This document shows positions 57,729 through 64,000 of a stretch of 64,000 nt of DNA, piece after piece (position 1 is the stretch's first letter; the number at the start of each line of letters is the position of its first letter). Where the stretch lies: NCBI GenBank assembly GCA_036867785.1, contig CP145410.1, forward strand, positions 992,001 through 1,056,000, written 5' to 3'. The stretch comes from Plasmodiophora brassicae. Its lineage: Eukaryota. Below the pieces are notes generated by a model. The model searched no databases, was not told the origin of the DNA, and saw only the letters and a program-made list of their open reading frames with translations. A program made the position numbers and the translations under genes.

Positions 57729-58796
57729 ATGGCAGCAATGGACCATTCCACTGTCAGGAAGAAGTACGCGATGGGAGCGACAGTACCGGAGGTCCCGCTA
57801 GATGATCTGCACAAGCATCACCACGCGTTCGCGCGCACCGACGGCACCCAGTTCGATGTCCGCATCGGGCCCAACTACGAGAAGTATGTCGAGAGACTAA
57901 GACAGAAAGCACGGCTGACGTTGCTGATGGGCTGATCGTAGGAATGGCAAGAAGGCGCAATCGGGACCAAACCTAGGGAAGGTAGTCGGCGTTGACTTAT
58001 TCAGGACCGACCGCAAATTGCTGCACATTATGGAGCACATCGAGCTGCCTGACGAATATTCGTCTCCACATCCTAACTCTAAAGCGGGACGATTTATTCC
58101 TCAGGTAATAAGCCTGGACTGCTGCCATTGCTGTTTGTCTCATGGTTTGTTCAGCTCTTCGTAATCAATTTTATGATGCCTATATACAGCCCAAGCAATC
58201 CACTCTGGGGAGCATCCAAGATTGACGGCAAGAGCTATAGCATTGTCATGTATATCACACTTGACAAGGAGACGATTGAGGCCATGGACAACGACTCTTT
58301 TCCTGCTGCATCTCTTCTCACTGTAACCTCACGGCTGTGGTTTTCGTTCACTGACGACATGGGCTGATCCTGGCGTCTGCAGAAATTTCTTCAAATGGAC
58401 CTGCATTCGGAGGCGGATTTCGAGCTTCGCAATCGCCTCAAAGGCATCCCCAGACTGCTGAATCCGAAGGATTGTAACCTTGGCATGGCTATGCGGCAGT
58501 TGGTGAAAACTTACGATGCCAAGCCGTTTCTGATTGGGCCCCATTACCATACGTTCTTCCGGACGACTACATACATGGAATGCAGCATCGACATGCATCA
58601 GTGGGTCTACTTGGCCCGAAGGACGATGCACACTTTACTTCCTGAAGTCCCAAAGATGAACCTCGATTTCGGGATCGTCCTCGAAGCACGTGGCGACGAA
58701 GTCCCGGAACGAATGATGGCAAGTGCACGGCTGTCGCGCATAGATCCCCACAGAGCATTGCATATTGAAGTGCCGCATCGTCTATCCGACACATAA
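57729..58796 (+). CDS. EDR2 C-terminal (DUF1336) domain protein, copy 2
   Basis: VRIGPNY, RLKGIP, YDAKPFL, YMECSIDMH and DEVPERMM; same intron layout as copy 1. Confidence 0.82.
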
Positions 58797-59265
58797 ATGT
58801 ATGATTAGCGTATGTGAACTTCGACCTGTTTCCAGCGATGGTGAGAGCTCCGGTTGGGTTCGGTTCGGGGACGTGGTAAATTTACCGCAGGCCATTTGTG
58901 CCAGTGATGACGTGGCACTCGGAAATTTGTGGTGGCAAATCGCTTTCGGATCGCGTGCTAAAGAGATCGTTCGTGCGCCGACAGGCCTGATAGCAATCGG
59001 TACGTACGAGCGACCGTACCTGGCTATAAACACCAAGACGGTCGTGACCAGGACGGAGACACCGACGGTTCTGATTGCCAGTTGGCAGATTGGAACGGAA
59101 TCGCCCCTGGCCCTGGCGACGGGGGCTGTGCAAGTCCGCGCGGACTCCGCTTTTGTATCGTTTGGCCGCCGCATCGACTGTTCGACCCATCGTCGCTCTC
59201 TCGCATCGCGGGTTCGCATCAGCGGCCGACGTCCTTAGGCGGGCGGGGACGCGAGCGCAGAAGGC

Positions 59266-60000
59266 ATGTTTGACTGGTTCTTTAATATCCTGGGCTCCCT
59301 CGGGCTGTACAACAAGGAGGCCCGGATCCTGTTCCTCGGTCTAGATAATGCTGGCAAGACCACGCTGACACATATGCTTGCAAACGGCAAGGTACCATGG
59401 CATAATTTGTATATATTACCCCGAATCGATATCAATCGATGCTGAATAGGTGGCGTCTTTGGAGCCAACGCGTCACCCACAGGGCGAGCAGATCCAGGTG
59501 GGCGAATATTGTCATCGATCAGCCCTGGTGCAATGTACTGACTTGCATTGCAGATTGGCAACATCCGTTTCAAGACTTTCGACATGGGTGGTCACCATGC
59601 AGCTCGTAGATTGTGGGCCGACTATTTCGCCAATGTTAACGGCATCGTCTACATGGTCGACGCCGTTGACAGAGAACGATTCCCTGAGAGCCGTGCAGGT
59701 ACCACGCGTGTTTGTCAATTCTGTGTGACGATTGGTAGTGACGCCTCATTAGAACTGGCCCAACTTCTGTCAACCGAAAGCCTGATGAAAGTCCCGTTTC
59801 TGATTCTGGGCAACAAGATCGATCGCGACGGTGCGGCAAGTGAGGATGAGCTGCGGCACGAGCTTGGCCTGCAAAACCTGACGACAGGAAAGGAGGGTCG
59901 CGTCGGCGAGGGCATTCGCCCGATCGAACTCTTCATGTGCAGTGTCGTCCGACGATCTGGCTACACGCAAGGGTTCAAGTGGCTCTCCACGTACATCTGA
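59266..60000 (+). CDS. SAR1: COPII small GTPase Sar1
   Basis: MFDWF..., [22 protein letters not shown] and FMCSV...GFKWLS; 3 introns. Confidence 0.96.
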
Positions 60001-60243
60001 TTCCCCTGAACTGTTCATGTACCACCCCGTTCCCCTGACAACAGTGAATGCGTATACATATGCCGTCGGATGAGTTGAATACACAAACGACAGAAAGTGA
60101 CACTTCCGGTACACTCTCAGCACTTGACCGCACATCTCTCACCGACGCGGTGCAGAGAACGTGTGTGCTGTCTGGAGTCGCGTGCACCATTTAGCGTCTG
60201 CGGACACCGCGTCGACATTGGGTGTCGACTGCTTGCCAGCACG

Positions 60244-60750
60244 ATGCACTGTGCTCGCCGTGCAGTGCAACGATTCGGCCAGCGTGGCCTGGCTGTCCAG
60301 GCTGTCGGCAACGGGTCAGATTTCACTAAGTTAATCACGAATGCGCGCAAGGACCGTCTACTTGTCATGTAGGGCCATTACCGGTTGTGTCATCGCCTTG
60401 CGCCGTTCACTTACTTGGCGGTCCCAGTGATTATTCTGCAACGTGGTGTCGTCCTTGCGTTGAGTTCGGCCCCATATTCGATACGATGTCGGAAGCGTTT
60501 GCGCAGCAGGCGGATTTCTTCAAAGTCGACATTGACCAGCTGCCTGATCAGACGGCAGAGGCTCGCGTTACGGGTAGGTTAATATACGTCGTCAATTTCA
60601 ACGACCAGACTGAGATACACGCACGTTTCAGCTGTCCCAACGTTTCATTTGGTTCGCAATGGGAAAACGGTCGCTACCGTGACCGGAGCCGATCAAGACG
60701 AATTGGAGAAGATGATCAACAAGCACGCCGCAGCCGAAGGAAGCAATTAA
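60244..60750 (+). CDS. Thioredoxin (WCRPC), probably organelle-targeted
   Basis: ATWCRPC, FFKVDID and cis-Pro VPTF; Arg-rich presequence; 2 introns. Confidence 0.85.
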
Positions 60751-62937
60751 TCATTGGTGTATTTTACCGTTTCAGCAATTTGTCGGTCGGCTTGCGTCTG
60801 GTAGTCGGGATGATCGAAATCAAACTCAAACACGCGGAGCTTCGAGCGATGCGGCTTGCCCAGGGCGTTGAGAACGAGGATGGCGGTATACGATGAGCAC
60901 CGTTGCCTGTGCATTTCGTTAAGCAATAAGGTGGCCCATAGTGGGTACTGTTACTGACTTTCTATGTCGGATCCGCAATTCTCTTAGCTCGGAAAACGGA
61001 CTCTCTACGAGGAGGATAACGCCTTCATCGCTAAGACGATTTCGCGTGAAGTTAATGACTGATAGGTTGGGAAGCAGCCCCTTTTCGCCGGCTGTAACTA
61101 GTGCGTCCCTGTGTGCAAATCAGACCCGTTCTGCCATGCAGCAGTGCACAACGAACACAAACGGATCCCCAATGCCACAATTTTGCAACGCAAGCGTGTG
61201 GAGATATTGGTTGGGGCTCAGCAGCGACATGAGAATTCGGGAGAACTTCCTCAGGTCGTTGTCCGGAAGGCATTCCAAGAACGCATTGTCAGACAGTGTG
61301 AAGCTGGGCGCTCACTAATAAGCACGGTAGGTGTCGTACACAGCAACCACAAACTCCTTACTCTTTGATGTTTGGGGAGTCTCGTGCAATAGTTGACATA
61401 ATATCGTCAATGGTATCCAATGGAGAACCCTCCAATTTGACAGGCGACATCGGAGAGAACGAGAAGCGGGACCTAAACGATGAACGCTCAGAGATCAACA
61501 TGCCATAAGCTTTAGCTGCCCATCTTACTTCCGTTTTGCTGACAGAGAATTCGTCGTCGAAGAACGTTTGCTCGTTTGAGGCGAAAGTAAAGGGGACAAT
61601 TTCGCTGACGGAGTGACAGGCGTAATCGACAGTCGAGTCTGCTTCTTTCTGTTTCTTTCAAGGTTAAGCCGCAGGTCTTCCATAGCTTCTTCGCTAACGT
61701 CAAGCGTTAAGTCTATCAAAGACTGATTCCAGACAAATGTTGACATGATCACGGTGTTGGCTTCGACTGCAAACTTGCCGATCAAATCCTGCACCAGCGC
61801 AGGTCAGCCACGTGTACCTGGAACGTCGTTCCAGTACCTGTTGACCGGCAAGTCGCAGTGATTCGAATGGAATCACGGAAAACGGATGCTGTTCCTCGTC
61901 GCATGCATGGTGTTTGTGCACAAGCGACACGATCTTTGAAATGTCGGCGACTTGAAAGCAGTTTCTTTCCAGATCCAGGAACCGGATGTTGCGGAACGCT
62001 CCGTTGGCAATGACCGCGTTGCAGAAAAGCTCAACGAAGACTGAAGGGAGAGAGTTGCCTTTGTGAATATTTAGCCCAGGCGCAAATACCTCTGCCCCGA
62101 AGACAACTTACCCGGCAACTTGAGAGTATTCAGATGCGTATTCTGTGACAGAAGCGACAGTGTCGACTGAAAACTCGACAGCTGCTCACAGCTCAGCATC
62201 TCCGCTAAGACCGGGTTATCTTCGAGCAGGAACGCTTTCATCTGTGGAGTAGTCGAATGGATCTCGAGTAGCGCCGTCTTCAGGCTTTCAACGTTCGCAG
62301 AATGCTCGTCCGAATTCCTGTTCGACAGAATCACGTGAGCAGTGTTTGCGTTTGCTGGGGAGCGCCAGTTGACGTTGAGTTCAATGATATGAGGGTTCTT
62401 CTGCAACGCATCCAACAATGCCTCGTCGGCCACCGCTGTCGACGGACGAAGCTGGTTAGCCGCCCATATCTTCATGTTGTGCTGCACCTGCAGACCCGAT
62501 AGGCATTGCCCCAGAGCAACGAACCCCGTATCTGTTATCAGGTTCTGGTTCAAGTTCAGCTGCGACAGATGTGGAAACCGGCCGTCTGAAAGCAGCTTGC
62601 AGAATGCTATCAAGAATTCATCAGACACGAAGGACCTCTGAAGACGGCCGTCAGGTGAGTCGTTTGCGTCATTGCAGTGCACCCGATTTACCTGAAGACT
62701 CAGCGTTTCCAGGACAGTTACCTCACTTAGCGCATTGAGAAAGCGGCTATAGGCGACTTGACGAATCCCGGTGGCCAGACGCGACATGAACGGATTATCG
62801 GTTAGGAAAACGTGGCGTTCCTCGCGGCGATGACTGAGAAAGGCGATAACGTCATCTAGGTTGCCGAACTGGACGTATCCAGCCGACTGCAGAGAGCGTC
62901 GCGGTGACAGAATCGCACCGGCGCCTTCGCCCTTCAT
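60747..62937 (-). CDS. Tropomodulin/leiomodin-like LRR repeat protein, multi-exon
   Basis: Repeated modules such as LNLNQNLITDTGFVALGQCL...ANQ...ALLDALQKNPHIIEL. 5' exons may lie further upstream. Confidence 0.6.
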
Positions 62938-63010
62938 ACTGAACCCCGTGCCGATTTATGGTCCGTGCGTACGCCGCCCATTCTGGATTTGCCTCCGTAT
63001 TGACAACTCG

Positions 63011-63082
63011 ACACACAAAGTGTCAGCCACACACAAAGTGTCAGCCACACACAAAGTGTCAGCCACACACAAAGTGGCAGCC
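63011..63082. repeat. 18-bp minisatellite x4 (acacacaaagtgtcagcc)
   Basis: Units start at 63011, 63029, 63047 and 63065; the last has one substitution. There are no spacers. Confidence 0.95.
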
Positions 63083-63485
63083 TCGTACACACTAGAACCG
63101 GTACGGTGGATGTACAGCGTCTTGCGTCGACGACAAACTTTAGACAACGAACCATCAGGCAGATGAGGCGGAAAATTGTTCCCCTACCATTCGAGTGATG
63201 ATGCCAGGTCTCGGGAACCTCCGCGTAGACTAATTCGACTGATGATGCAAAGTGAAGGAAATTCCAGGTACAGAACAAACGTGGCTACCTTGTTGTGCTA
63301 CCTTGCAGGTGTGCACTGTGCAGTCAGCACCCTGATTGGTGATTGCGCGGAACACGTGCAAGTACAAGTTTGTGATGCTGCTGGAATTTTTTGTTCGACA
63401 TTTTGTGGCGTTTGGCTGCGCGTCGCGATTATCAGTTTGGCGTTCACAGAGCGAGCGGCTGGCGTTTGGTCGGCCGTGACGAACG

Positions 63486-64000
63486 ATGGTTGTTTCCGCC
63501 GTCTTCATCATGGACCTGAACGGCAAAGTTATCATCTCCCGTAACTACCGTGGCGACATCCCGATGACTGTTGCCGACACCTTCAAGCAGATTATGTATG
63601 AGAATGCGTCTGTTTTGAATTTAAGCACACGTTGATGAATGATTGTGGGTAGTGCGACAGCTGAAGAAGGGGCGCCATTAACCCCTGTCATCCCTACCGA
63701 AGAGGGATATAGTTTTGTGTACATCACACATTCCAACTTGCTGCTTGTCGCCGTCACGAAAAGGAATTCAAATGCTATGATGATTTTAACATTCCTGTTC
63801 GTACCATACGGGTTATTCGGTACTCGGCACTGAGCTGTACGTGCAGGTATTCGCTTGTCAAGGTTATGATCGATTATTTCCGAGTTCTCGAAGAAGAATC
63901 CATCCGCGACAATTTCGTGATTGTTTATGAACTCATGGACGAAATGATGGACTTTGGTTATCCACAGCACACTGACTCTCAGCTGCTGAAGAAGTACACA
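63486..64000 (+). CDS. AP1M1: AP-1 adaptor complex mu subunit (5' part; runs off the window)
   Basis: SAVFIMDLNGKVIISRNYRGDI and LEEESIRDNFVIVYELMDEMMDFGYPQ. Confidence 0.9.

Noticed and set aside
58782-59219. Minus-strand ORF with one hydrophobic segment between EDR2_C copy 2 and SAR1
   Set aside because: It could be a small gene, but no family or firm exon structure can be supported.
63011-63082. CRISPR-like array
   Set aside because: The units are contiguous with no unique spacers, there are no cas genes, and the context is eukaryotic.
1-64000. Prokaryotic operon, defence island or frameshifted pseudogene interpretation of the fragmented ORFs
   Set aside because: The breaks I checked coincide with short GT/GC-AG introns that restore conserved eukaryotic proteins.

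Overview
This is a gene-dense, GC-rich eukaryotic chromosome segment, not a prokaryotic one. It holds about 36 protein genes with many short (about 45-70 nt) spliceosomal introns and very short intergenic spacers. The architecture and gene content fit a compact protist genome such as a phytomyxid (Plasmodiophora-like); that assignment is inference only. Recognisable genes include a GYF_2/WW/MyTH4 myosin, a homeobox protein, CHMP1, CDC20, an LRGUK-like LRR protein, a PQ-loop transporter, two tandem sphingolipid synthases, an F-BAR protein, CMTR2, FANCB-like, ISD11, MED17-like, CCDC82-like, a Rho GTPase, a DUF2235 hydrolase, NOA1/YqeH, an SLC45/SUT transporter, COG7, two EDR2_C paralogs, UBAC2-like, SAR1, thioredoxin and AP-1 mu. 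The most unusual observations are: (1) a 98-nt bulge-free, pre-miRNA-like hairpin in a roughly 1-kb structured intergenic gap; (2) a spliced NF-YA-like gene, absent from the ORF track, whose CCAAT-reading histidines are replaced in a CCT-like way; (3) a secreted Ser/Asn/Ala-rich protein with a cryptic 56-58 aa proline periodicity; (4) two divergent intronless genes with bacterial YbjN/T3SS-chaperone-like domains; (5) a class-3 lipase lacking its nucleophile Ser; (6) CMTR2 fused to a degenerate guanylyltransferase-like domain. Exon models were read by eye and no database searches were run. No rRNA, tRNA, CRISPR array or transposon was recognised.
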